A stretch of 64,000 nt of DNA, taken from assembly GCA_038087875.1 (NCBI GenBank), contig CM075978.1:98022001-98086000 (forward strand), in the 5' to 3' direction. Of the stretch, positions 47,493-60,499 are shown piece after piece. The translations under genes were made by a program, and so were the position numbers. The DNA is from Malacoraja senta (Eukaryota). The stretch's first letter is position 1. Every line of letters begins with the position of its first letter. The notes beneath the pieces were generated by a model. That model made no database searches and had not been told where the DNA came from. It saw only the letters and a program-made list of their open reading frames with translations.

Positions 47493-50400
47493 TCCCATTC
47501 TAAAGATACCAACGCCAAGAGAGCCACATGCACTCAGTAATGCAGTTCCAACCTTACCCCTCACATTATTCCCTTTATAATGTATCTGTACACTGTGGAT
47601 GGCTCGATTGTAATCATGTGTTCTCTTTCTGCCGACTGGTTAGCACACAACAAAATATTTTCACTGTACCTTGGTAAATGCGACATTAAACTAAACCAAC
47701 GTTTGTGATATTAGCACAACAACCTACAACTCCAGTTTACAGGAGTGCTACAACTGATCCACAGCAGATAACCAGTCTGCGATTTTAATTCACACGTATA
47801 AGAATGGAAAGTATGTTGAATGTATAGAAAACATTGATGAATCCTCTATTGGAATATTGTCTGCCATTTTGAGCAAACAATTATAGGTGGATGGGCATGA
47901 GAAAGAGGAGGAGGGGGTGCGGTGTGGGGAGAGAAAGGAGGGGTGCTATTCAAACAACCAGGAATGAGTCAAATGAAGGGTCAACAGAAAGCTAGGAACT
48001 GGGGGAAAACAAACCCTTGTCCCAAGTTTTCAAATGGAGAATTGTTTTCCAAGGGCAAGTATTACCACCTTCATTTGAGGTCAGAAGAAAATGTTTGCAT
48101 ATAGTTATTAATTAGTCACTGTAGAATTACCCTAAAACATAGGTGAGTAGGAGCATCTGGGTTGGGGGAGGTAGAGATGATGAGAATGTGGGGAGAAACA
48201 AAATGGGATTAATGTAGGATTACTGTAAATGATTAGCACAGCCACGGTAACCAAAAAGACCTGTTTCCATGCTGCATGTCTCCATGACACGGAGCGCATT
48301 AGCAGATAGTTCTGGCAGGTAATCCAAAAGGAATTAGCCAAACATTTAACCATTGAGATCCAAGCCAAGGCAATGGAATTAGGAACAGGATCTGGAGCAT
48401 AAAGGTTTTAGCGGAGGATTAAGCACTAACACAGGTGTGGTGGGTCCATTACAAGTTTGAATCATTGCCTGGGATATTAGAAGTACTGCTGTTTTGGACC
48501 CCCTTTTGTGCCAAGCAAGTTGGATCAAGGATTGTGCCAACATTACCCAATAGCCAACCTTGCTAATTTTGAAACTCAGGCATGTAACAGTTGAACTTAT
48601 TTGAACTGGTAGTTCGTCAGCTTTGCATGTAATGTGGTGGCTTTAGCAAACCTTTTGTATGTAAAGACACTGTCTAACACCTCACAGATATCCAACCATG
48701 CTGATAAACCACTGGGTGCTAAAACTCTATGCAGCTCAAACCAACAGGCTTGCACTGAGTGATTTGCAGGGAGGAACAAGGAGAATGGAATTCAAGAGCA
48801 TTCCCAGCTTCCACTGATTTCAATCTGGCTAATGTCAAAGCCAGATACAGAGGGGAGGAACAGGATTTCTGTTTATTTCTCCACTAATGATGGCTTTGAT
48901 AGCGTAGACAAAGCAAACTCTCGGTGGCAGGAAACTCAGTAAAGATCAGACAGATTAGAAAGAGCCAGGATTGGGCAAGGATTGTAAGGCAAGAGGTTGG
49001 GGAGAAACAAGGGACAAGAATTTAAAAGAAGAGAATTAAAACCACTGAATTCACATTTTGACAAATGATAATGCGAATAGGTTCAATAGGATTTGCAAGA
49101 GATCTGGTTATACACGAAGAAAACATTCCAAGGTAACAGCAATAGGGAACTACATCAATATATCAGCAGTCAGGTTAGACAGGATGGGTCAAAGAAGACC
49201 TCCTCCTCCATTTTAAGGTTATGTAAATTAATTTATCAACTTCATTTCATAAGAAGATTCTTCCAGGTCCTTAAATATCGAGGTGACAAAATGGTAAACT
49301 TTCAATTCCAAACCAGACTGTTGGCATCCAGTGAGGACGAGAGGAATCGAGGTGCCAAAAAGACAATCATCCAGTCTTAGACTGGATAGGATTCAACCAG
49401 CTGTTCAATGACAATTCTTTGTCCAGACCTAAAGACTCATTCTGAGTTATTTGGGGAACAATATACATCACTAACTAACATCCAGACACACAGACACGTT
49501 TAATTAAGTATTAAGTTAAAACATTCGGATTTTAATCAAGCATGCTTCTCCTTCTAAAACACGTGCCATTATAATTGCCCTGTCCCATAAGATCCATTTA
49601 CATTTTATTGAGTACAATGGAAAGAATTAGAAAATGAAAACAATGCCCTTATTTTCATTTGAAGATCAAAATACAAATTTGTGTTCATGCCGCTGCTAGA
49701 AACAAACACGGCTCCAGATCACTCCAGGTTCACTTGTGTCTGCATCAAGTTGGCAAGTGCTCAAAATGTTGAAACACTCGGCACTTCTTCCAAATTGCAG
49801 TGAAACTCTTGCCAATCTGACCCCCTTAAGGACTTAGCAGTGCCGACTGGCAAATTTCAACACCATTCTAAATGCACGAGCCAAATACTGCAGATGCTAC
49901 AAATAAAAATAAAATGGTCATGCAGATCTGGGGTGGAAAGTCTTTCGTTCAAGAAGGAACTGCAGATGCTGAAAAATCGAAACGTTGCCTATTTCCTTCG
50001 CTCCTTAGATGCTGCCACACCCGATGAGTTTCTCCAGCACTTTTGTCTACCGAGGAAAGTCTTTCTCCATATCTAGAAAAGTTAGAAATGTGAATAGAAT
50101 TGTGATGGAAAGAAAAGATAGAGATGGAAAGATAAACACAGAGGGAATATCTATGACAAGATTGGAGGCAGGGTTTGTTGAAGGCACGAGGCAAAAAGGG
50201 AGTGATAATCAGACAAAATATATATGTGTAAGAAGGAATTGCAGATGCTGCTTTACACAAAAGATAGACACAAAATGCTGGAGTTACTCAGCGGGTCAGG
50301 CAGCATCTCTGTAGAAAAGGAATAGGTGACGATTCGGGTCGATAGCCTTCTTCAGCTTCTTCAGAGCTGCTGCCTGGCCCGCTGAGTTACACCAGCATTT

Positions 50401-51646
50401 TGGTTCTTTCCTTGGTAGATCGGCACCTGCAGTTCTTTGCTACTTCATCGTTTTTACCTCCTCCCTCCCTGCTACAGCTCCCCTGCACAGTAAAGCACTG
50501 TGGCCCTGGATAATGTTAGAACCAGGTGAATGGGCAGGTGCTTCATCAATTTGTGTATACAGGAAGGTGCAGTGGTATCAGGAAGGTGTATCAGGAATGA
50601 ATGGAGAGTAATTTAGATAACACAAGATGTCCTTTCAGAATGTCCAGAGTTGATGGTGTTTGGTGGTGTTGTTGTTGGAAATGGAGGATGAAGATAAGGG
50701 GTGGAGGGCGAGCAAGAATCTGGGGAACTCTGCTCTGGGAGGAAGTGAGAAGTTAAGGAAATAGAATGGACATAGCCATGGTTCTTTTCAAATAGGTTCA
50801 ATATAAAGAAGGGGCTCATGTTGTCGACCTCCCCGTGGTGAGCCCTGTCAACTGACCTCAGTCAGGCGAACGACAACACAGAGACAGCAGCAGCGCCGCA
50901 GCTTGGCGCCAACCCGGAGCATGCGCCCTCTTTAGGGCGGGCACCTACGGATGTCGAACTGGACGGCATCACCCTGCTGCGGAATTCTGCTGCCTCGAAC
51001 GCAAGAAGAAGAAGAAGTATAAAGAAGATAAATGTTTAAAATGCTGATTATAGAAGGGGACTTAATCAGAGCACATTCGACAAAGAAACCAGGAAAACGG
51101 AACAGAATCCTTACAGTTAGTAGGATTAGGAAAATGTACAAGTCTGTGGGTATCAGTGGGATGATTACGTTGCTCATTTCATAAGTTCATAAGTCACAGG
51201 AGCTGAAGTAGGCCATTCGGCCCATCAGGCCCACTCCACCATTCAATCATTCACTCACTTATCCCCCAAAGTGGGAGAGATGTCAAAGAGTGGACAAATT
51301 GGAGCTGGACTGGGTAAAGATGAGGGAATGGGGACGTGTCCAAACAATTCTGCTGTTGAGCATGTTATTTCCAATAATTTCAGCTTCTATTGCTGAATAA
51401 AAGCAGCGCCTCAGATTGGAAATATATTGCCATTTCTTTCGTCGTCTCTGGCTCCAAGTTCTGGAATTTCCCACGCAGCAGCAGCATGGGTGCATCTTCA
51501 CCACAGTCTGCCGTGCGTCAAGTAACAATGCCAACACAACCTTGCCCGCAATACCACATGAATGAAGAATTGTCTCTGAAAATACTTCAGATCTCCCTTT
51601 CTTTGTAATATCTATTGCCATTATAGATCTGCAAGTGCAATCCTAA

Positions 51647-51944
51647 TAGCCCTGTCCCACGGTACGAGTTCATTCCAAGAGCTTTCCCGATTTAAAAAAA
51701 ATCAAACTCGTGGTAAGCACGGAGAATGAACGTAGCAAGTACGTCGGAGCTCGGGGACGTCTCTTAGCGGCTCGTAACGCTAACGGCAGGTACTTGGGAA
51801 GACTCGCTAACGGCAGGTAAGCACGGGAAGACTCGTGAAGATTTTTCAACATGGCCGAGTGGCCATTACTGTAAATCTCCGAGTTCGAATCAGGGAAAAC
51901 TCGGGAGAGCTCTTGGAATGAACCCGTACCGTGGGACAGGGCTT
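51647..51944. mobile_element. PIF/Harbinger-type MITE
   Basis: About 44-bp TIR AGCCCTGTCCCACGGTACG.GTTCATTCCAAGAGCT.TCCCGA; TSD TAA (51644-51646 and 51945-51947). Confidence 0.85.
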
Positions 51945-54497
51945 TAACCCTTAATCTCATCTGGTTTCATCCCTGTCACCACTACCCCACCTCACCTTCT
52001 CATCACCCGATGGAGTAAAGCCAAACCAAAGTGGCCCATCACAGATGGTGTTAGTTGTGGATTATTCAGCAGTTATAGAATTATGTGGCAGCAGTGGCCA
52101 TTAATTCAAAAACAAAAGAACCAGTCTTCTGAATATCTGTTCTAATGTATATTGAAAGCAGTAATCAATTTGAGATTAAAGACAGCTTTGAAACTGGCAA
52201 CTCACATGACCATGACCGGTTCTGGTATTCATAAGCCAAACACAAGATAATGGGGTATGTTAATTGACCTACATCAAATCATAAAATCTTCAGTTCAAGT
52301 TATTTTACACCACAATGATACAGGTGGAGGAATCTTCCAGAGCAGACTTATTCTTGGCACATCCAGCATGTAATAGGCAAATTCAAGAGTGTTTTATTGT
52401 TAAATGCCCCCAAATAGATGAATGGAATTCTTACTATAAGTGTGTGTTTGTTTTCAGACTCTTACATCTTCTTCCCGATGGCAGGAGTGAAAATGAGTGT
52501 GTGGCCAGGGTGGTGTGGGTCTTTGATGATGCTGGCTGCCTTTTTGAAGCAGTGACTCCTAAAAATCCATTTGATGGTATGTATCTATCTATCTATCATA
52601 CCATATTTGTCAATCTATCAATAGATGGGGTATTTGTGCACTCAAGAGTGTCAGCCCTCACAACACTAATTCTGGGTGTCTGCATTCACTGTCCCCAGAA
52701 GCCTCGAGAGCATCCATATGAATCACTTTGCCCAGGAAAGCTTTGGATATTCAGAGGAATCTTGGCAGCAACAATATACTCCCGTTGTAAATATGTACTT
52801 TCTATGCAGTTTACTTGTCAACAATCAAAATGTTAAAGCTTAGTAGACAATTAGAGCCATTGAAACTGTAGTTAATCATTTATTGTTGTCTTTGCATTTT
52901 AAATATATTTGAACTCAATGTACTTTGAATTTGGAGATTATACCGAATGAGTCTCCAAAAGAATGTCTATTTCTCTTGATGAATAAAGACTTTCATATCA
53001 ACGAGCTTCAGCCTCCGAGTGGCTTAGTACACAAGTCACAAGTGTTCTCAAATAAACTGTTACTCCAGTTGATGCTACTATCTTTCCCACCTAGTAGAGG
53101 CACAAGGAACTGCAGAGGCTGGTTTACAAAGAAAGACACAAAGTTCTGAAGTAACTCAATGGGTCAGGTAGCATCCCTGCAGAATATGGATAGTTCAAGT
53201 TACGGGTTTGGACTCTTCTTCAGACTGGTTGTGAGGGGAGGGGGAAAGAGGGTAAGAAAACTGGAACAGAGGAGGGGCAGGTCACAGCGTGGCAGGTAAT
53301 AGGTGAACATAGGTGAGGGGGGGGGGGTGATAGGCAGGTGGTTGGACAAAGGCCAGAGATGAAAAAAACAGAAGGTGTGAAAGAAAAGAATTGAAGAGTT
53401 GTGAATTGTGATGTCAGAGGAAAGAATGTGGGTGAAGGAGGAGGTGTGAATCCAAACTGAATATGTGCCACAGGTCAGTCATCATTTGCTGTTTAGACTA
53501 AGTCAGATTTTCAGCCAGAAAACCTGACGAGAGGAATCACACCAGATACCCAGAATTAAATACAAAGCTGCCTCAATGATTTTTGCACAGCAACTTTTGA
53601 GACACAACATACAAAACACAAGAAAGTAGGAGCAGTAGGCGACTCAGCCCCTCATTCCTGCCCATGTTTCAGTATGATCATAGTCGATCTATACCGGCCT
53701 CAACTCCTCTTCTGTGGCAGTTCCCCACAACTCTCGATCTTTCAAATATTTATCTATCACTATCGTGTATCCAGTGATCTGGCCTCAACCCCCAATTATA
53801 GAGATGACTACCCTCTGAGTATTTTTAAAACTTCTGTCTGGGAGTCATGTGGATGTTGTGGTGGCGTTCGTGACCAAAGGACAGCAATTCTTTATTCCAA
53901 AATAATAGTACACTTGTCAGTACAATTTATAGCTTTGTGTAGGACCGACTTAGAGAGAGTTAGATAGAGCTCTTAAAGATAGCGGAGTCAGGGGATATGG
54001 GTGAGAAGGCAGGAACAGGGTACTGATTGTGGATGATCAGCCAGGATCACATTAAATGGCGGTGCTGGTTCGAGGGGCCGAATGGCCTACTCCAGCACCT
54101 ATTGTTTATTGTCTATTGACTTCCGTTTTTATGATTTCTCCTACAAAAATGTTTAACTGATTTAAAAGTGCTCTCCCTTGTAACGTGTAATACACACACA
54201 GTATTACAACCAATTTCAGGTGGAAATGAGGCACTCAATCAGTTTAGTTTAGTTTTTTTCGTTTAGAGATACTGTGCGGAAACAGGCCCTTCGGCCCACT
54301 GTCATCAAAATGTGGCCTGATGGCGCATTATAGAGCCTCAGCATTACATCCCTGTTTTTTGTATACATGCCCTCTTGAAATAAGTACACGTGGTACACGT
54401 GACAATAAACTAAACTCAACTAACTACTCACCAAAAATCAAGCATTCTACCGTTCTTCACAAAGGTTATTAATTCAAGAAAGATCAGTCAGGTTATT

Positions 54498-54657
54498 GAA
54501 GGTACACAAAAATGCTGGAGAAACTCAGCAGGTGCAGCAGCATCTATGGAGCGAAGGAGATAGATAGGCCTTCATAGATGCTGCTGCACCCGCTGAGTTT
54601 CTCCAGCATTTTTGTGTACCTTCGATTTTCCAGCATCTGCAGTTCCTTCTTAAACAC
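54498..54657. mobile_element. Fold-back non-autonomous Penelope derivative with TSD
   Basis: 51-bp inverted arms (54498-54548 and 54573-54623, one mismatch) made of the Penelope terminal sequence; flanking direct repeat tcagtcaggttatt(g) at 54484 and 54658. Confidence 0.85.
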
Positions 54658-55104
54658 TCAGTCAGGTTATTGTTCTGCACAGCTTGCGGTACTCTGCCCA
54701 GAAACAGAGGCAGGCAGACCACCAGCTCACTGAAGGGCTCTTGAGACAGTCACCACCTGTTGCACTGACCCCAAAACAAAACTTCATCCAAGTGGGTTGC
54801 CTACGTTACTTTCACTAATTGCAGCCACCATATGGAGCCCAAGCAAAACAATTGCAGGGTTCCTTGTAAATGTTTGTCGCCTTTCAAATTAAAATCAGAG
54901 GAAAGAAGTCCCCATGATTTCAACTCGCTCTCAATAAATGCCTGCAAATGTGACCATCCCATTTTTTGATGAGGGGAGGGGCAGGGAAGAAGAAATGAAG
55001 GGAGAGAAAGGAGGGGAATACAATACAATACGGTTTTATTCGTCACATTGCACATAAAGTGCAAGTGAAATGAATTTGCCAGCAGCGGTACAATGATAAA
55101 GAAC

Positions 55105-55189
55105 ACACAATACACAATACAAATTTAACACAAACTATAGGCTATGTACACAATACACAATACAAATTTAACACAAACATAGGCTATGT
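55105..55189. repeat. Tandem duplication of a 42-43 bp unit
   Basis: acacaatacacaatacaaatttaacacaaac(t)ataggctatgt twice. Confidence 0.9.
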
Positions 55190-55572
55190 CACAGCCATGA
55201 AGAACTTAATTCAGAGAGCAAGCATGTGCACTCTTCGTAATGTGATAGCATTATGAATGGAACAAAATCTCAAATGTAGATATCTGCAGTAAGAAACATG
55301 TTAAGATACAGCAAGTCCAACATTATTATGAAGTGGGGGAAGTGCAGTGTTTGGGATGGTACATTATAAGTTATAAGAATCATGAGATGTTCATGGAATT
55401 AGAAAACACATTGCACCACTTGTATTGCATCAAGCCTTAATTATTAAGTTTCCAGCAGGAGAACATTTCCACATAGTCCAAAAACAAGCTCCAGCAGCAT
55501 AAAGATTTGATCTGGTCAATTCAGCACCCAACCAAAACCTGTGGTTGGTTTCCCGAAAATTGTACTAAGAGA

Positions 55573-55862
55573 ATGGTAGAGTTGCTGACTTACAGCACTT
55601 GCAGCGCCCGAGACCCGGGTTCGATCCCAACTAAGGGTGCTGTCTGTATGAAGTTTGTACGTTCTCCCCGTGACCACGTGGGTTTTCTCCAAGATCTTCA
55701 GTTTCCTCCCACACTCCAAAGACGTGCAGGTTTGTTGGTGTATTGGCTTGGTATGGTGTAAATTGTCCCTAGTGTGTGTAGGATTGTGTAAAAAATGTGC
55801 GGGGATCGTTGGGCGGAGCAGACTCGGTGAGCCGAAGGGCCTGTTTCCGCGCTGTATCTCCA
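55573..55862 (+). mobile_element. HE1-type SINE
   Basis: GGTTCGATCC B-box, core, gaagggcctgtttccgcgctgtatctc tail. Confidence 0.85.
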
Positions 55863-56715
55863 AAAGAACAAGGCTGGCAATATCTACGTTAAAACTCATC
55901 GCAGGTGATCCTACAGAGGAATGTGGAGCCAGAAATTGTGCTTCTGATTTTCTTTTTTTTGTGTTTTTGGAAGGAATTCTGTCCCTGATTTATGTATTGG
56001 TCTTTATAACCTATTTTTTTTTAAATTCTGATTATATGTTTTCTATAAATCTCTGTATGGTGTCCTTGAGACCTCGGTATAAGGCGCCCGTAAATAAAAT
56101 CCATTATTATTATTATTAGTGACGGGCGTTCATTATACCAGGTCATGACACAGTTGCCAACAGCACCTTAAATCCTCCACATTTACACTTCTTGTGCAAC
56201 TACTGCCCCATCATCCACCCGCCCCAATGACTCTTCACCCTACCATGTACCTCTTCCTTTCCTGAAGTTGTGGACGGTCACCAGTTCACGTCTCCAACCC
56301 TCATTCAAGTGAGCATCGATCACACAGAGGTCAGAAAAAACTTTCTCCCAATGCCCTTTGCTCCTGATTATAAAATACATCAGTTCTAGAAGTCTCACCA
56401 CTGTTCTGAAATGTTGCCATGACCCTGTCAGTAACCTGCTACAGCCCTACAATCAGCAGGCCATTCTTCCTCCATTTATGGCCTTACTGTTCATGCTTAA
56501 CATTTAATTGGCTGCCAATGGCAGCAATGGTATTTCAAGCTGTAAAATAGCAGGATGGAAATGTCTCAATTAATACCACTTTAATATTGATAAGTAGAAT
56601 TATCCAACTGACATTTTTATAACGGTATATGACCAATAAGCTATCAACAACCAGCTTGGGAAGGAGTGAGACCAATGACCATAGTTTCACTTTTAATCAG
56701 CAATTAGGTAAATAC

Positions 56716-57251
56716 CTTGACAATGCTCTGCAGATCTTGAACATAGGTCCGTTCTGTCTCCAGGATTTCCTGCACCACCCTATCCACGTAAACGAGTTTG
56801 GGACTTCCAGATGCCGCCCCTGGAGAAGTTGTGTGGCTCTTTTGGATTCCCCTGGAGTCGAGTCTCTTAATCCCACTGATTGCCGGTCTCTTCTCCGCCA
56901 CCTCCCCAGGATTCGCACACCCCGCCTTGCTCCTTCCGTGCGGCTCCTCTGCGGATAACTGCCGCGTCGGAATCAACTCCAACCGGATGGCGCCGGCTTC
57001 CTTCTCTTGGCCTGCGAGGCCCAAGTGACTGTTGGAGACCAGAGTCATCCCACTGCTTAAGGAGCAACGGCTATCCCTGGAGGAGGCTGAGGACGAAGTG
57101 GAGCTGTAGCTGACTGGGCGGTCGCGATCATACGAATCCATGCTCCTCATTCCAAAGTAGCGTCGATTCTCTCTGGGTCCAGTCAAGGCTGCTCTGTGCG
57201 AGGGAGTATCTCGAACAGGTGGGAGGATATCTGGGAACTCATGGTACTCAT
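56716..57251 (-). CDS. PLEKHG1: PLEKHG1 first in-window coding exon (N-terminus and start of DH domain)
   Basis: Acceptor ttgcag| at 57252 and donor AAG|gtattt at 56715. Encodes ..[63 protein letters not shown], which I recognise as the PLEKHG1 N-terminus. ATG at 57141 has a strong Kozak context (agcATGG). Confidence 0.95.
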
Positions 57252-60200
57252 CTGCAAGAGGAGAGAAAGGAAAAAGCCATGACGTTTGCAGAATAATTGG
57301 ACGTCAACTACCATTATTCAGAAGATATGGAAGGAAAATGTCAAGTATGTATCATTTAATCCAAACAGTTCAATGTGTACTTAACGATCAGCCAACAAAT
57401 CATGCTCGAGGCAACTTCAAATCCCTTGATGTTGTTTCTAATAAAACTAAGGGCTTTTGTGGCAGATGTACAATTTTAAACAATCAATGGAAGAGCTCTC
57501 ACATCACATTCAGGCAGATGTGTAGAGTGGGTGATCCACCTCAGTCTCCTCCTAGAATTGCCCATCATCACAGAAGTTGGTCTTCACAGACAATCTGATT
57601 CGGTTCATCAGGAGATATCAGAGACCACTGGATGCAACAAAGTAATGAAACCAGAAAACATCCCAGCTATAGTAACTGAAGAACCATTTGTGCCTCTAGC
57701 TAAGCTGCTCCAACACAGTTACAACATTGGAATCTACCTGACAAAGTAGAAAATTGCCCAGATACGCTTTGATCACAAAAAACAGGACAAATCCAATTTG
57801 TTTAATTATCACCCCATCTATTCCCACTCACTTTGGTGGAAGCCATCGTCATCATTATTTCTACTAACTAACAACCAATGCCCATTTTGGGTTTTATCAG
57901 GATCACTTTGATCTCTTTTCCAACGAGGCCTTGGTTCAACACAGTGTGGAAAACATAATCTCAGACTTGGAGAAAGTTCCAGATCAAGAACATTTGACCA
58001 GATGTGGTATCAAGGAAAACTGACGTTCATAGGAATCTAAGGGAACAACAAGCCAACGTTTGGTGTCATACTCAGCAAATGAAGTAGGCCATGCCTGATG
58101 CAACTACACCTAGGATTTGGTGAAGATGAAGGACTTGCAAATCATAGTGGCGTGCAACATTCAGGCATGGACTGGTAAGTGCCATGTAACGTACATTCCG
58201 TAAGTGCCAGGCAACAACCATCGGCAATTACCATAGCAAGTTCCTCACCACAACCACTGAATACAAACTCAGCTAGACCTGTACTTGACCATGTAGAAAC
58301 AAGGAACTGCAAATGCTGGAAGGGTCTCCACCCAAAACCTCAACTATCCATGTTCACCAGAGATGCTGCCTGACCTGCTGAGTTATTCCTATACATGACC
58401 ATGATGGCTGCAAAGCAGGGCAGGGAGCCCTGCTATAAGCGGCTCACCTCCTGACACCCCAAAAACTTTTCCCCAATCTACAAAGTCAGGAGTGTGGTGG
58501 AATACTCTCCGTTAATCTGGATGAGTACAGTGCCAACAATTCTCAATGGCTTAAACCCCACCTAAAAAGGACCTCCTCCAAAGTTGCACGCCATTATGAT
58601 TTACAAGTCCTTCATCACCACCATTCAAATCCTAACCAAAATGTAACCCCTTACTCAATTGTAGACTTTACCAGAAAGACTGCAACAGGTCACCATCACA
58701 TTCAAGAAAGATTAGAAATGATTAAATACGTTGCTCTACCAGCAACATACAGATCACAAGAACTAAAAAAAGTAAAGAAACCAGAGGAGCAAAATGTGTT
58801 TTTCCTAATTAAAATTATACTTAAACAGCATATTGTTTCCCAGAAAATCTGGGGCTATTTTGATTGAAAGATACAGCATGGAAACAGGCCCTATGGCCCA
58901 CTGAGTCTACACCGACCATCTATTCATACTAGTCCTATGTTATCCTACTTTTGCGTCCACTCCCTACACACTAAGGGAAATTTACAGAGGCCAGTTAACC
59001 CACAAACCTGCATCTTTGGGATGTGTACTTGTAGTATCAAATTGAAGCTGTGGGGAACGAATAGCGAGGAGACAAATGGTTGTTCATCTTTTGAAAGTTA
59101 GCTAAAGGGCCAAACAACCTTAGCTGGTGTTGCAAAACCCTAATCTTCCACTTGGGATCAGCTGTAGGAGTTCATTTCGTGCCTCCTTTGGATAACCAAT
59201 TTTTCCATCATGACAAGGCGATAAGGTGTTGTGGACCAAGTTCTTGGGGACAATTTGCTGCTCTCAAAAGACTTTAACTCCATGATTAATTATGGTTGTC
59301 CCCTAGTATTTTAGCCATGACCATTATCTACTCATACACCACATCAGCCAGTGGTGGCCAGCTACTGAACTACAATGAGTTTTGTATCCCCATCCAATTT
59401 TGTGCACTCAGCTGAAGTCCATTGATGCTTCATAACCAGATTGTACAAAAGAATGCAAGAAACAAGAGTAGGACATTTGGCACCTGGTATCTGATCCTAC
59501 AATAAAAAAAAATTGCTGCTCTTTTACGCAAGGGCCAGATTCCTAAACTGATCCCACATTCTTTCATGTCATTCACTCACTCAATCTCTGGCTCAAACAT
59601 ACCCAGTGACAAAGCTTCCATGGCACCCTTGGCTAGAAATTCTGCAGATTCACTACTCTGTGGGTGCAAACAGATCCTTACCTCAGTCCTGAACAGTTAG
59701 TCACTTATTTTTAGACACTGACCCCTAGTTCACCCATGCCAAGAACTATCTGTTTCTTGAACCAATCTGCACAATTATAATCCTATCTCAGCAAAGGAAC
59801 ACTGTGGACCATTTGTGTAAGAAGGAACTGCAGATGCTGGTTTAAACTGTAGATACACAAAAAGCTGGAGTAACTCAGCGGGCTAGGCAGCATCTCTGGA
59901 GAGAAGGAATGAGTGACATTTCGAGTCGAGACCCTTCTTCAGGTCTTCAGGTCGAGACCATTTCTTCAACTACCACCGACTTTCTGTTCTATTGTGTTTT
60001 TCACTGATGTCTTGTTTCTTTGACACAGTCTTTCTTCTTTTCATGGTCTTGCAGAATTTGTGTGTAATTTATGTATAATTTATGTGTTTGTGTGTTGTCT
60101 GTGTTTATGTGCCTGTGATGCTGCTGCATAATTTTCATTGTACCTGTACTTTACCATACCTGTGCATATATGACAATAAACATGATTTGAAAATATAATT

Positions 60201-60499
60201 CCAACCTTAACGTCACACCCTGTAAGAAATTACAGTATTTCCTTGGTATCACCCTATGTCCTAAGTTCAACAATAGAGGCCTTGCCAGAGAAAGTGACAT
60301 ACAGCACAGAAACAGCCTTGTCTATGACGACCAAAACGCCCCATCAAGGCTAGCACCATTTGCCCACATCTGGTCCATATGTTTCTAAACCTTTCCTGAA
60401 CACAATCTCTCACACAAAAAAACAATCCCTCATCAACCCATATCTTCCCAATTGCATGTATACGTTATCCATCAGAACCCTCTCCAAATTTCCTACCAT

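Noticed and set aside
741-57251. U12-type or non-canonical introns; PLEKHG2 or PLEKHG3 identity
   Set aside because: All inferred introns are GT-AG with no GTATCCTT donor; the N-terminal and large-exon motifs match PLEKHG1 as I recall it.
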